Source: Octopus vulgaris (lineage: Eukaryota). From it: a DNA stretch of 64,000 nucleotides. The notes below the pieces were generated by a model. That model was not told the origin of the DNA and did no database searches. It worked only from the letters and a program-made list of their open reading frames with translations. The stretch lies in contig OX597827.1 in assembly GCA_951406725.2 (NCBI GenBank), positions 78,678,001 through 78,742,000 of the forward strand, read 5' to 3'. A program made the translations under genes and the position numbers. Below are positions 35,616 to 49,639 of this stretch, one piece after another; position 1 is the first letter of the stretch; each line of letters begins with the position of its first letter.

Positions 35616-38600
35616 TTAAATCAACCTCTGGAAAGATGAAAAGCAGGTTAAATTTGACAAGATTTGAACTTATAAATAAAAAGATGGGCCTAAAATACTG
35701 CAAAATATTTTGCCCAAAACTCCACTGATTTTACAATCTGTCACTCTAACAACAACAACAATTTCAAGGCCTACTCAAGTTGAGATTTCACCAATTTAAC
35801 TCCAATTCCATGAGATCATAAATTCTGTTAACAAGAGCATTGAACTGATGGTTATAGGTGGTCAACAGGCCAACAGATTCACTGCAACAGAGATTTAGTG
35901 GGGATTGTGCTTGACTTGACTTGAGACAGCATTCACCCGGGGTGGGTTGAGCTGGCTTCATTCATCCTCAATGCTGCATCTCTCACAAACGCCGACCAGA
36001 CCTGGTGATTTGAGGCTAACAACCGCGTGATCTCCAACCACTCCATATTCCAGCGGTGAACGCCGTAGATATGGGGGTCTAGGTTGGGTTCCAGATCAAC
36101 CTTGACTGTCATCAGCCAGGTTTTTCGTTGTCCACCAACCCTGAAGGGGAGCTGGGGTGGAATGAATAAAAGCTATTTCCATTTGATGAACCAGATTATC
36201 GCTAATCTATACACACACACACACACATCATTTTTATGCCTGCTTTTTATTCATACTGGTTCAGGTGGGGCCAATACTTTTTGAGGTATTCAGCAGCCAA
36301 ATGCCTTTCCTGACACAAACCTATAGGAAGTCCTTTATTTCATTTCTTTGCATGTTGAAATCCATTTAACTACCAGAGTTTTTGTTTATGCAGGACATAA
36401 AGATGCTACAAACTACCCAAGTACTGCCAATGCAGAGATAAACTGACACATATATTTGTTTAATATTCATCTTTCCATGCGTGTGTGGGTTGGATGGGGG
36501 CATATTTGAGGCAGTATTTCATAGCTGGATGCCCTTCTTTTTGCCAATCTTTGCTTTTTTTTTCAAGTAACATCAAAAGTACAGAATGACAGAGTGTTAT
36601 CAAGGAATTCTCCCATTTTGCTGAGATAGTAACAGGGAAAGCCAAGGAATGTCAAGATTTACACACATACACAACAAGGCTTCTGTACAGCTTCTATTTA
36701 CCAAACTTCACTCACAACATATTGGTTACCTGAAGCTATAATAGAAGCAACTTGCCCCAAGGGAAACACAGTGGGACCAAAGCTGAAACCTTTTATGCTT
36801 GTGAAGTAGACTTCTTAACCATGCCAGCACCTATAACACACACACACACACACATAAAATTACCTTCCACAGTTTCAGTTGCCTAATTTCACCCATTAGC
36901 TATTGGTTAACCCAACAGCATAACTGTACCATGCTCGAGATACCATCTAAGTGGAACAATAGCTGGACCTATCTCATTATAAAGTAACCTCGTTAATCAC
37001 ACAACCATACTTTAATTAGTTCTAGTTTTATTAATCCATGAAATGATGAAGAGCAAATTTGACCACAGTGGGATTCCAACTCATAATGTAAGGATCACAA
37101 GGCACTAAACTATTCTTCTTTAAAATAATCTCAGAAGACTTATTTTTAAAGGTAGGTAAAATGGGAATCTGTGACTTTCATACTTTACTCAACTAACCAC
37201 ATGTCTGAATCATTTGCTTTACAATTATGTTTTGGCTCGATCACACTGGATGTGATTTTCAACAATTTTTTTTAAATCCCCAGCACACTGAACAAGGCCC
37301 AGAATAAGTCACGGTGCACGGTTAGCTTTTAAGAAAACAAGTATTGGAATGGTTTTAAAACAGAGATGGATGTAGGTACAGCACTCAGCTGCAAAAAAAT
37401 GTACATATACTGATGTAGTGGACTGAAATTATCTACAAAATATTCTGGCATTTTCTGACTTGACCATGAAACTTATGGTACACAAAATTTTGCAGCATCC
37501 TTGTGGCTACAAATAGCAACTGTAAGGGAGCAAAACTATACAACATAAGGCACTGTGATTTCTGACATCTGCTCAAACAATGATGATCTCTAAGAAGGCC
37601 ACAATGGGTTTAACTGACCCCATATATAGCTGGTAACTCATTTCATCTATCTCTTAACAAAAGCCCAAGACCACAAATTAGGGAGAAGCAGTCAATTTGA
37701 TTAATTAACCCCAGTTCTTGATAAGTTTTTATTTAATTGACCCTGAAAAGCAAAGTTGACCTCAGAAAACAAAGTGCCACAAGTAAACACTACAAGATGT
37801 TTTGCCCAGTATCTGCATTAATTGAGCCTAGAGAGATGAAAGGCAAACTTCATCTTGACAGGATTTGAACACAGAACATAAAGAACCAAAGTAAATACAA
37901 CAAAGTGTTTTGCCTGACATTCTAATGATTCTACCAGCCAACCACCGAGTCTGCCAAGCTGTTGGTAGATACCACAATGAAGAACAGTCCACCTAGCCAT
38001 AAGTAGGTACCACAGTATGGTACACAGGAGAAGCTAGAGATGTACTATCCATAGGTAAATGTTTCTCATCTATTTATGATCGCCTGGCCCCCATGCCGGT
38101 AGCATGTAAAACGCACCATCCGATCGTGGCTGTTTGCCAGCCTCGTCTGGCACCTGTGCCGGTGGCATGTAAAAAGCACCCACTACACTCACGGAGTGGT
38201 TGGCGTTAGGAAGGGCATCCAGCCGTTAGAAACACTGCCAGATCAGACTGGGCCTGGTGCAGCCTCCTGGCTTCCCAGACCCCAGTTGAACCGTCCAACC
38301 CATGCTAGCAGGGAAAGTGGACGCTAAACGATGATGATGATGATCAGAGGTGAAAACCAATTCTATCAGATAAAGATTAGAGGTAAACAGTTTTAAAAAA
38401 AAAAGGAGAGATTATAGGTAAACATCAATTCTATTGGATCCTTGGGATTTCAAAAGGAAATAGCTTCGGTTTTTAACTATGAGATAAACTGACCATTTTT
38501 GCATTTAGATATTGTCCAACTCATGCCAGCATGGAAAAACAGACATTGAATAATGATGATAATGAGTGGGTATAAATGATTCTATTGACCCATCAAAACT

Positions 38601-39889
38601 GGAGACTCTGTACTTTGATTCTAATCACATGTAAAAAAACGACGACGCCGTGGTGATCTCATTCTTGCTCACAACATCATAAGCGGAAAATGTAACCTCT
38701 CGAAGGAGCTGTTCTTCACTCCTGCTCCAGAGCGTCGGCTGCGGCGTCATTCCGAAAAGCTCTATCTGCGACGATTTCATCTCAATCGAAGGAGAGGGGC
38801 TTTCTCCATCCAGGTTGCAGATCCGTGGAACAAGCTGCCAGACGAGATGGTGAAGATGCCGACGACCACTCGGTTCACAGTCTCCCTTGACCACAAGTGG
38901 CCTGAACTCTTTACATGAACACCACCCTGTACATAACTCCATGTCCCCCTACATGGCCTTGCTTTTTGCTTTTTGAGCCAAAAAATTAACTAACTAATTA
39001 ACTAACATGAAGCTACTATTAATAATCAGTCTGGAACTTATGATGCCTAAGAAGCAATGGAAACTGCTCCAGTATGGCCACAGTCCACTGGCTGAAATTA
39101 GCAAAGAATTAAAGGTATACACATGCACACACACAATATGAATCACAGCTAACAAGTATGCCACTACCAAGTCTTTCGAACTGCTAGATATAATAACCAG
39201 ATTCACTGAAATGTCCAACCCTCTTGAGAAGGGAAAGGACATACTGGCTAAGGTAGCCCTTCAAAACCCCTAAAATGATAGCAAGAGGAAAGATCTATGG
39301 TGTTTGAAATCATAGGTCTGCTCAATAAGGATTGACCTGGCACAAAACAACATGCAGACATACACTATATAAATGCAAATAGAATGTCTACCATAAATAT
39401 ACTCACAAATTGACTTCAGTACTTATTTTTTGAGGTCAGGGAATTTATTCTATTAGTCTTTTTTTTAGCTAAACCACAAGTTACAAGGGTACAAACAAAC
39501 CAACACCAGTTGTCAAGATGCTTGAGTGTGATATATATATATATATATATATATATCTCATCATCATTGGTTAACATCCGCTTTCCATGCTGGCATGGGT
39601 TGGACGGTTTGAATGAGGACTGGCAAGCCAGGAGGCTGCACCAGGCTCCAATTTGATCTGGCAAGGTTTCTACAGCTGGATGCCCTTCCTAACGCCAACC
39701 ATGTGTCTACACACACAATGGGCTTCCACACACTTTTCATCAAACAAAGTCACTCACAAGGCTTTGGTCAGTACGAGACTATAAATGTTATAAAACACTT
39801 GCCCAAGGTACCATGCAGTAAAACTGAACCCAATATACACACATACACAACAAACATTATATATATATATATGTGACAGTTGGTTGTCA

Positions 39890-39952
39890 TAATAAAACTC
39901 AGAGTTTCGGATACCAGGGCTGAAAACTGCTCCGGTATCTCATCAGTTATTA
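39890..39952 (-). ncRNA. Type I hammerhead ribozyme motif in a short PLE-like insertion (39869-39988)
   Basis: taataa-CTGATGA-gataccgg..ctggtatc-c-GAAA-ctc t gag-TT-ttatta: stems I, II and III all pair. Flanked by the inverted repeat atatgtgaca/tgtcacatat. Confidence 0.8.
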
Positions 39953-41269
39953 AGACAAAACACTATGAAAAAACTGGTTGTCACATATTATATATACCAT
40001 CATCATCATCATCGTTTAATGTCCGTTTTCCATGCTAGCATGGGTTGGACGGTTCGACTGGGGTCTGGGAAGCCAAGAGGCTGCACCAGGCTCCAGTCTG
40101 ATCTGGCAGTGTTTCTACAGCTGGATTCCCTTCCTAATGCCATTCCTCTATTTTACATACTATCAAACTCTCATTCATTCTTTTGCTGTCATATTATTAT
40201 TATTCATACATATATATGGTGGCATAGTTTGCTTGAAGCATTGTCTGATGTAGACAAAAGCTTTCAATTTTTTTTCTTATAACCAAAACAAAGGAAGTTA
40301 TAAGAAATAATACAAGTTGATGGTTTGTACTTTTACTGTATATTGCAATATTTGAGGCTTAAAGGACACTTCTTCAGGAAATTCTTTGAGATATGGTGTT
40401 GTGAGCTACCAACAGAGAAGTTGGTGCCCAACACTAAATCTTTAAAGATTTCCTAACCCCAAATTATTGAATACCCAAACCATCAACCTGTATTATTTCT
40501 TATAACTTGCATTGTTTTGGCCTAAAAAAATTGAAAACATATGTATATATGTACACACAGGAGTGGCTGTGTGGTAAGAGGCTTGGTTACCAACCACATG
40601 GTTCTGGGTTCAGTCCCACTGCGTGGAACCTTGGGCAAGTGTCTTCCACTATAGCCTCGGGCCGACCAAAGCCTTGTGAGTGGATTTGGCCTGTCGTATA
40701 TATATATATATGCATTTGTGTGTCTGCGTTTGTCCCCAACACCATCGCTTGACAACCGATGTTGGTGTGTTTACGTCCCCGTAACTTGCGGTTCGGCAAG
40801 AGACCGATAGAATAAGTACAAGGCTTACAAAGAATAAGTCCTGGAGTAGATTTATTCGACAAAAAGGAGGTGCTCCAGCATGGCCACAGTCAAATGACTG
40901 AAACATAATAATAAAAGAATACACACACACACAGACCACCGAACTAAAGATGAAGAGAGAACTGTTTAAATGTAGGTAGCAGGTGTGAAAAATATCGCAG
41001 ATGAAACCTCCAAGAACCAGTCAATAACTTCCAAACATCAAACGTACTTCGACTACAAAAACAGTTCAAGACCTTAATAAAAACGGAGACAGGTCAGCCT
41101 GATGTGGCTTTTAAGATAGCAATAGGAAAAAGTGAAAAACTCAAAACGGTACAATGATTATATTAGGGGATTTTTTTTGAAGAAAGAAACAAAAATCAAG
41201 CAGCATAATTCGCAAATGTCCCGCTCCTGCACCTCTACCCCTTCCCACTCTGTAAGGTAGCTAGAACCG

Positions 41270-41400
41270 AGTTACAAATGTGACACGGAAGCCATTTTCA
41301 AACGGGGGAGGCAAAGTTGGGGCGGAGGAAAGAGATTGAATGAGATGTTTAATGGCAGCGGAGGGGGCGGCGGCGACGGCGGTGGGGGTGGGGGTGTTTT
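41270..41400 (-). promoter_or_regulatory. Candidate promoter/TSS region for the minus-strand ZNF gene
   Basis: CpG/GC-rich patch with cggaagccatttt (ETS core plus YY1-like GCCATNTT) and GGGCGG boxes. Confidence 0.45.
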
Positions 41401-41931
41401 AAAGTTTATTGCTTGAACCCAAAATTGCTGCACTAAATAGGACGAATTTCTCGGGTTTTTTTTATTTTATTTCTTTCTCTCCGTCTCCGGTGCCACGGCT
41501 GCTGCTGCTTTTTATTTAAAACAAAAAAGTAACAGAGGAACTGAATGTAAGGCAGAGATGGCTGGGAGGGTGGGGAATTGGCTGGCTGGGAAAACCTACT
41601 GGATCTCTCTCTCACATTATATATACACGCATGTGTGTGTGTGTGTGTGTATATATATATACACACACACACACGCGCGTGTATAGATGTGCGTGTGTAT
41701 ATGTATATATATATATATGTGTGTGTATGTGTATGTATATATATATATACACACACACACTACAGATATGTACACATAATTTTTTTTAAATTTTAAACTG
41801 CAAAAAAATTAAGGTGATTCAAAGGCCAAGAGTTTCTTACACAGTACTTAACACAAAACTCTTGGTTTTTGAGTCACTTTTGAAACTTTCTGCGGATTAT
41901 ATATATATATATATATTTATTATATAGAAGG

Positions 41932-41982
41932 AGCTTCTACAGGACTAGAACTGTTTCATTCAAAAGAAATCATCAGGAAGCT
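41932..41982 (-). ncRNA. Type I hammerhead ribozyme motif in a PLE pseudo-LTR with a perfect 41-bp inverted repeat (41915-41955/42003-42043)
   Basis: agcttc-CTGATGA-t ttc tttt gaa t-GAAA-cag ttctagtc ctg-TA-gaagct: 6-bp stem I, GUA cleavage triplet, weak stem II. Confidence 0.8.
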
Positions 41983-42108
41983 AGTTGACAAGAGTTGTTG
42001 ACAACAGTTCTAGTCCTGTAGAAGCTCCTTCTATATAATAAATTAATTTACTCTGCTATGTATTGAGTACCTTATTTACTGTGGTTAACCCCGACTCAAC
42101 CCGGGACC

Positions 42109-42169
<61 letters not shown>

Positions 42170-43107
42170 ATTTGTGTGTGTCTCCCTAGCATTGCTTGAC
42201 AACCGATGCTGGTGTGTGTACGTCCCCGTCACTTAGCGGTTCGGCAAAAGAGACCGATAGAATAAGTACTGGGCTTACAAAGAATAAGTCCCGGGGTCGA
42301 TTTGCTCGACTAAAGGCGGTGCTCCAGCATGGCCGCAGTCAAATGACTGAAACATGTAAAAGAGAGTAAGAGTATATATATATATATGTCTGTGTGTGTG
42401 TACAGACACTAACGTACAGATGTGGGTAACTGGACAGGTGGTGGTGAGTCACCGATGCACGTATCTAGCAATCACCGTCGATACCTGTTTTTCTCTCTCA
42501 CACACACATCTATATGTGTGTATTCACACTTGCACACACACATAATATATATATAATGCCAACCATATATATTTAACACCCTTTACAACAATTTCTGTCC
42601 CTCGTCTCACACCCACACACGTATGAATGTACATTTATACACACACACACCCACACCTCTACATCTGTCCACACACCCACCCATCCACTCACACGGGGCA
42701 CCGTTGTGTGTGTGTGTGTGAACACAACATGTTATGTACGAAGAAGAGAAATGCTCTGTGAAAAGTGAAGCGCCAGTAAGTAGTGTGTGCATTGACGTCA
42801 AAGAAGATTAGAAAACAGCTTCAGAGTTTGAAATCTGAAGCTTTTACGACATGTGTAGATGGTGAAAGAATTTTGAAAACGAAATTGCCTGCTTAAGTTG
42901 CCAGAACAGTAATTTAAATCACTTTCAGCACCATCTTCTAAACTGTGAGTGAGTGAGGGAGAGAGAGAGAGAGAGAGAGAGGGAGGGAAGTTCGCGAGTT
43001 CTATACAGCTTAATTAAGGTGATTTAATTAAAACTACAAAAAAAAAAAAAGCTACCACGTACAATTACAATTTTGAGTAATACTTCATATTAACCGGCAG
43101 CTATATA

Positions 43108-43138
<31 letters not shown>

Positions 43139-43316
43139 GTGTGTGTATTAGTGTACACTATTACACACGGTTAACAGCCGACAGGACAGATATACAGAAT
43201 ATAACTTTGCAATTACCCTACAGAAACACGTAATACACATTGCATTAATCCATACATTTTAATGCCATCTCAACCACCACCTCACATAATACGTAATCAT
43301 CACACTTACTGTTATC

Positions 43317-43382
<66 letters not shown>

Positions 43383-45730
43383 CACACACATAGACACATA
43401 TATACTAGCAGAGTGGGAAAAAGTTCAGTGTCCTGACTAGATTAGATATTGTAAACAGTAGTACAGTCGACCAGGAAGGAAAGAAAGAGAAAGAAAGAAA
43501 GCGGGTGGAGAAGAAGAGACGTTATTAGTTGAGGTGGTGGTGGTGGAGGTGATGGTTAGAACTAGGAGGTGAAGAAATAGACCAAACAAGAATAAATGTT
43601 TTAAAAGAAGGGAGTAAATGAGTAGGGCAGTCAGTTGAGAGGAAAACGAAGCAGTTCAGGCAGTGGAAGAGGTCGATAACATTTTTCTCAACTGTCATTC
43701 AGGATTTTCGTTGATTTATCTTTTCACTCAAACTGCTTTTTATTTTTTCATTTTTTACTTCTCTTCTCACTCTATCTGAGATTCTTATCGATAATTCTAT
43801 CAGCCAAAGGCAGCCAACCCTGTCTCTCTCTCTCTCTGTCTCACTCCATCTCACTCTATGTAGAATGTATCACACACATACTTTTTACATCCATCACAGC
43901 TTTTGAAATATTTTTTTAGGAAAGAATGCACCAAGGAAGAAAGATAAAGCCAACCACTGCTACTAACTAGCTCACACTTAAACCTGTGTGTGTATGCAGG
44001 TGTGTATAATAGATATATTTAGGTTTGTAACAATATATACATACTGCTAAAACACCTGTACATAAATCTACAAAGATATATACATACACTGGTGTATTTA
44101 TGAATGAATATATATATATAATAGATTTATATATCTATGCATATAAATACAAAGTTGTGTTGATGTGTGTGTATATATATATACATTGATACATGTATAG
44201 ACATACATAGATACATATCTATACAATCACACCTGACTATAATCATACAAGTATATAACAAAGAATATTCTTTATAAAGTACACCCATCCATATACATAC
44301 ATATCTATATATATACATACATATATCTATGTATGTGTATATATATATATATATATACATATATAGATAGATAGATGTGTGCATGTATTCAAGTATTGTG
44401 TTCAGATCTATACACTGCATTTGTATGGCTACACATGTTGGTTAGTTGGTGAATATAGGTGTGCATCTATGTCTATACAGAGATGTGTGCATGTATAAAG
44501 TACTGAGGTGTCAGCATCATGTAAATGTGATACCTGATATAATATACATATATATTCACACACACCTATGGGTTCTATACACACATGCGTGTGTATGTGT
44601 GATACGTATGTATAATACACAGGTGTGTATGGTTGAGTAAGAGTGCCTTACCAAGTGGTTGATGCATGTATAAGTGCACATGACGCACCCATATATACAG
44701 ACGACAAACGTACAAAAAACAGTGCACCAACCCTTTGTGTGTGTATGTGTATATATATTCTCACACACACACGCATCACAAACCTGTTTATATAATACAT
44801 ACATATACAAAATACAGTAAAAAAAAGAAAGCCATTCATATATACACACGCATAAAAACACATGCAGGTGTGTATATACTCATTGATAGATATATACACA
44901 CCCCAGCTACAGAGAGAAACTACTGAATCAACCAAAAAACCACACCATTTCCTTTTTTACAACAGCCTGTCCCTCCTTCTCAAACAGTCACACCAATTCA
45001 GTTAGTATTCCAGTTTTTTTTTAAATATACAAATCTCGGTCGATCAGGCAAAAAAAAATTTATCAGAATTCACTAAAATTTCACATTATTTCGGGGTACT
45101 GATAATCGTGAATTCAATTTATTTATGTTGAAAAAAAATTACATTTTTTTATCTCGTTCCCTCCCAGCCAACATACATTATAAGATATATTTTTAAAGAG
45201 ATGTGGTTTTTTTTTTTTTTTTTTTTTTTTAGAGAAATCGATGCCAGTATTTTTTTGTGGAGGGTGCGAGATGTCGTTAAAATGGTTGCAGTGCAAACGT
45301 GGTCAGGAAAAAATATATCAGAGTCGAGGAGAAAAAATATATTTACAAGATCCATGGCCATTAATGAATATTTTTCCCTTTTCTTTTTTTTTTGTCTTTG
45401 CTGACCAAAGTTAAGAGCGCCAAAGCTTGATTTTATAAGTTTATGATTATTATAAAGATGATAGAGAGAGCAGAGGAGAAATGTGACGATTGATGTAAAT
45501 AAACAGCAGAATTATTAAATGATACACAGCTTTGTAATATACACACACATATATATACATACAGGAGGGGTATACACACATAAATATATAGAAAGATAGA
45601 TAGATATATATATAAATACATATATAGATAAAAGAGAGGGAGATACGAGATAGAGGGCAATTAAGCGTTAATTGGAAGTGCGCGTATTGATGTACATGTG
45701 TAATTAGTGTATGTGTTAATAGTGCAAACA

Positions 45731-45776
<46 letters not shown>

Positions 45777-46004
45777 TATACACACACATGTGATTGTAAT
45801 ATATGGATGTATACACACACATATATGTATATATATGTGTGTGTAGAGAGGTAGAGTGTGTATGTATGTGTGTATATTTATGTGTGGATGTGCGTAAATA
45901 TCTCGAAAGTGGTATGTCCAATTGTGAAAGAGCGAAATATGTTCCATCTATCTCTCCCTCCCGCTCTATCTTGCTTCCCTCCAGTCGGTTATTGTCTTTG
46001 TAAC

Positions 46005-46520
46005 ACTTACCTTTGAGTGTAAGAAGGAGAGAGACAGAAACATAAGAAATCGGTGAGTCTGTCTGCGAGAAGGTTGCCTTGTCTTGGACATCGGGCCAAG
46101 GGGAGGTAATCTGGGGGCCCCCGAGAAAGAGAAAGAGAGAGAGAGAGAGAATAAAGAGAGATGGTGGCCGGGGGAAGAGAAGGAGGAGGATGAGGAGGAA
46201 GTACTGTTAGAGAGAGAGGGGAAGAGAAGTGTGGAGGGGAAAGGAGGAAGTAAAGAGGAAGAGGTAGAGAAATGATAGAGGAAGGAGAGGGTGGATGAAG
46301 AAAGTATGACAGATTGTCTGTTAACATGAAGAGAGAGGGAGGGAGAAAGCGAGAGAAGGAGATAGTTAAAGACAGAGGGGGGAATAGATAAAGGTGCAAA
46401 AAGAATGACACATAGAGAAAGGGACAGAGGTAGTGATACGGAAAGAATAAAGGGAAGGGCATAGAAAGCGGAAAAAAGAAAGAGACTAAGAGTTAGAGAG
46501 AGAGAGGGATTTTATATATT

Positions 46521-46554
<34 letters not shown>

Positions 46555-46630
46555 TAGAGAGAGAGTAAAGGCAGAGGGGGAAAGGGTGAGGAGAGCTAGA
46601 GAAAGAGAAGCTGTAATGAAAAAGGGAGTA
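46005..46630. promoter_or_regulatory. Candidate non-coding exon/splice donors and GA-rich tract between the divergent ZNF genes
   Basis: Minus-strand donor AAG|GTAAGT at 46011/46010; plus-strand CG|GTGAGT at 46053; long polypurine tract 46110-46630. Confidence 0.35.
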
Positions 46631-46963
46631 GAATCATCATCATCATCATCACTATCATCATCATCATCGTCAGGCAACAACGAATAGAGTAAAGAAGACA
46701 AAGAAAGTAGAGCGACGTCACACACACACACACACACACATATATAGACATAACAGCCGTAATGGATGCTGCTCTCCAGCAAACATAGAGCCGAGGTTCG
46801 TTCGTTTTTATTCACTTATTTTATCGCATCACGGGTCTTTTTCACGGTGTTCCAGATCTGGGAGGAAACGAAGAAATGAGACGGATGGGGGGAAAGCCAT
46901 GAAATTCTCTTTCACCATATTGAACTTGGCTAAATCATACAATATTGTGCGTGTGTGTATACA

Positions 46964-47036
<73 letters not shown>

Positions 47037-47924
47037 ATTTATACGGATGGGTATATACATAAGTGTGTGTATGTATGTATATATATATATATATGTGTGT
47101 ATGTATATATATGTGTGTATATATATATATATAGATAGATAGATGTGTGTGTGTGTGTGTTCCTGTTGGAAACACCCCCTCCCCTTTGTTAATTGCACTA
47201 ATTATGGCCAGAAGCGAAGGGAGACAATCAGTAGAGTGGACACTGGTGGTGGTGCTCGATGTGGAGTCCTGACACTCCGGGTTTCTACAACTAATTCTCT
47301 CTTTGAATTCATCCATCCATCCATATACGCATACACTTACATACATGCAAATGCTATGTATATATATAATGTACGTAGTCAACTTCAACCGTGATTATAT
47401 ATTTATATATGATCGGAGCGAAAAAGGGTGGAGATTTTATGGTGACTACTCATATAAATCAAACTAGATGTATCTAGCCTATGTATATATATATTAATGT
47501 ATGTATATATATATATATATACACATGAATGCGTGTGGTTAAAAATTTGCTATGTATACATAACTGTTTTTAATTAATCAAACCGTAAAAAATTTGAGGT
47601 GTGCGCACACACACACACATATATATATATATATTTATATATGTGTGTGTTGGGTTGAGCTGTTTATCTATATGTAGCATTATTATTATTATTATTATAA
47701 GAACTTGTTATATGTCAGTCTAAATAAATGTGTACATATGTGGTTATATGTGCGTATGCATATACGTATTTTACACACACATTGGTAGCTGAGAGATTTC
47801 AAATATATATGTGTGTGTGTATTTAAATATATATATATATATATATATATATTACTGCCTTGTAAGGTTAAACCCCTCTGCAAAACGCTATAATAGCGGT
47901 ATTTCAGAGAAATAATTACTATTA

Positions 47925-47964
<40 letters not shown>

Positions 47965-48439
47965 GTTTGTGTATGTGTTTTGCGACCGATCACTGTATCG
48001 TAGATATGTAACAAACGAATCTGTTGTGGGACCCAGAGGAGAGCGACACAAAGGTCGATCCCCTACTCCAAATCGACCTATGTATATCCATTTCTGTATG
48101 TGTATATATTGTAAGTCTTTACCCTTCTGTATAGAAAAATTGGTATCCTAAAATGCTAGTCCTCTTCTGGGATCGTGTCTATAACCGACTTTGTTCAGAT
48201 CCAGCTAGGGAAGGGCTCCGTCAGGTCAGAAAGATGTCCAACACAAGCTGTCAGGGCGCTGCCTCTACAAACTCCATTAGTTGAAAGAATAAGGCGAAAA
48301 ATAGATGAATGCAAACAAGCACTCAAAAAGGCAGCCTCGAACTGTTTCAGTCGTTCCCCTCTGTGTTGATATTAAAGTTGTGATTTTGTTTGTAACAAGT
48401 GACAAATTGCCTGTTAATATTACCTAGTCTTTGTACTGT

Positions 48440-48600
48440 CCCAATTTTTGTCATCGTCGTTGAAACGACCAATAAACAGGACGGCGATTTATGGTGACGG
48501 TGCTCGTTTGAAAAGTCAATCGGAAAAAGACATTCAAATAACCCCACTTCGTTGCCGCGCGCGAGTGCGCTTGTGTGTGTGTGTGGTTAGAGAGTGGGGA
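48440..48600. promoter_or_regulatory. CpG-rich patch, candidate promoter for the plus-strand ZNF gene
   Basis: High CpG density (gccgcgcgagtgcgc) and ccaat; lies upstream of the acceptor at 52935. Confidence 0.35.
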
Positions 48601-49639
48601 AAAATTTTTAAAAACTACAATAGTTCGAGGGAGATTTTGACAAATCAATAATTTATTGATTAAGCAATAAAATTAATGTGAAGTATAACCAGTGTGTGTC
48701 TTTATTGGCTAACTGGCCCTCCCAAAATATAATAGTTGATTAAAAAAAGAAGTACATGTCTTTTATCTTTTACTTGTTTTTGTCATTTTAGTGCGGCCAT
48801 GCTGGGGCACCACCTTGAAGGGTTTTCGTCGAACAAATGGAACCCAGGGCTTATTTTTTTTAAAGCCTGGTACTTATTCTATCGGTCTCTTTTACTGAAC
48901 CGCTAAGTTACGGGGACGTAAACATACCAATACCATTTGTCAAACGGGACAGATGCACGCACACATATCACATGGGTTTCCTTCAGTTTCTATCTACCAA
49001 ATCAACTCACAAGGTTTTGGTCGGCCCAGGGCTGTAAATGACATTTGTCCAAAGTGCAACACGATGGGACTGAACCTAGAACGATTTGGTTGGGAAGCCA
49101 ACTTGCCACATAGCCATGTGTGGATCACTTTTATAACTTTGTGTAAAGTGAAACTAATAAAAGTGTATGGTAAGAAGTTTGCTTCCCAACCAGAAGGTTC
49201 CAGGTTCAGTCCCACTGTGTGGCACCTTAGGCAAATGTCTTTCTACTATAGCCTCAGACCAATCAAAGCCTTGTGTGTGGATGTGGTAGACAAAAACTGA
49301 AAGAAGCCCATCACATGTATGCTTGTGTATCTGTGTTTGCCCCTGCTACCACTTGGCAACTGGTGGTCTTTGTGACTTAGCAGTTCAGCCAGAGAGACTG
49401 ATAGAATAAGTAGCAGGCGTGGCTGTGTAGTAAGAAGCTTGCTTCCCAACCACATGGTTCTAAGTTCAGCCCCAATGCGTGGAACCTTCTACTATAGTCC
49501 CAGGCTAACCTGAATCTTAGGTAGATGGAAACTGAAAGAAGCCCATTGTATGTCTGTGTGTGTGTGTGTATATATATATATGTGTGTGTGTGTGTGTGCA
49601 TGTGTGTCTTTGTGTTTGCACCCCCAGCACTGTCTAGCA

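Noticed and set aside
40341-40390. CTGAAGA motif on the minus strand as another hammerhead; also ccagccgaaattgc at ~16768
   Set aside because: No intact GAAA or stem set in the first, no CUGANGA in the second; at most decayed fragments
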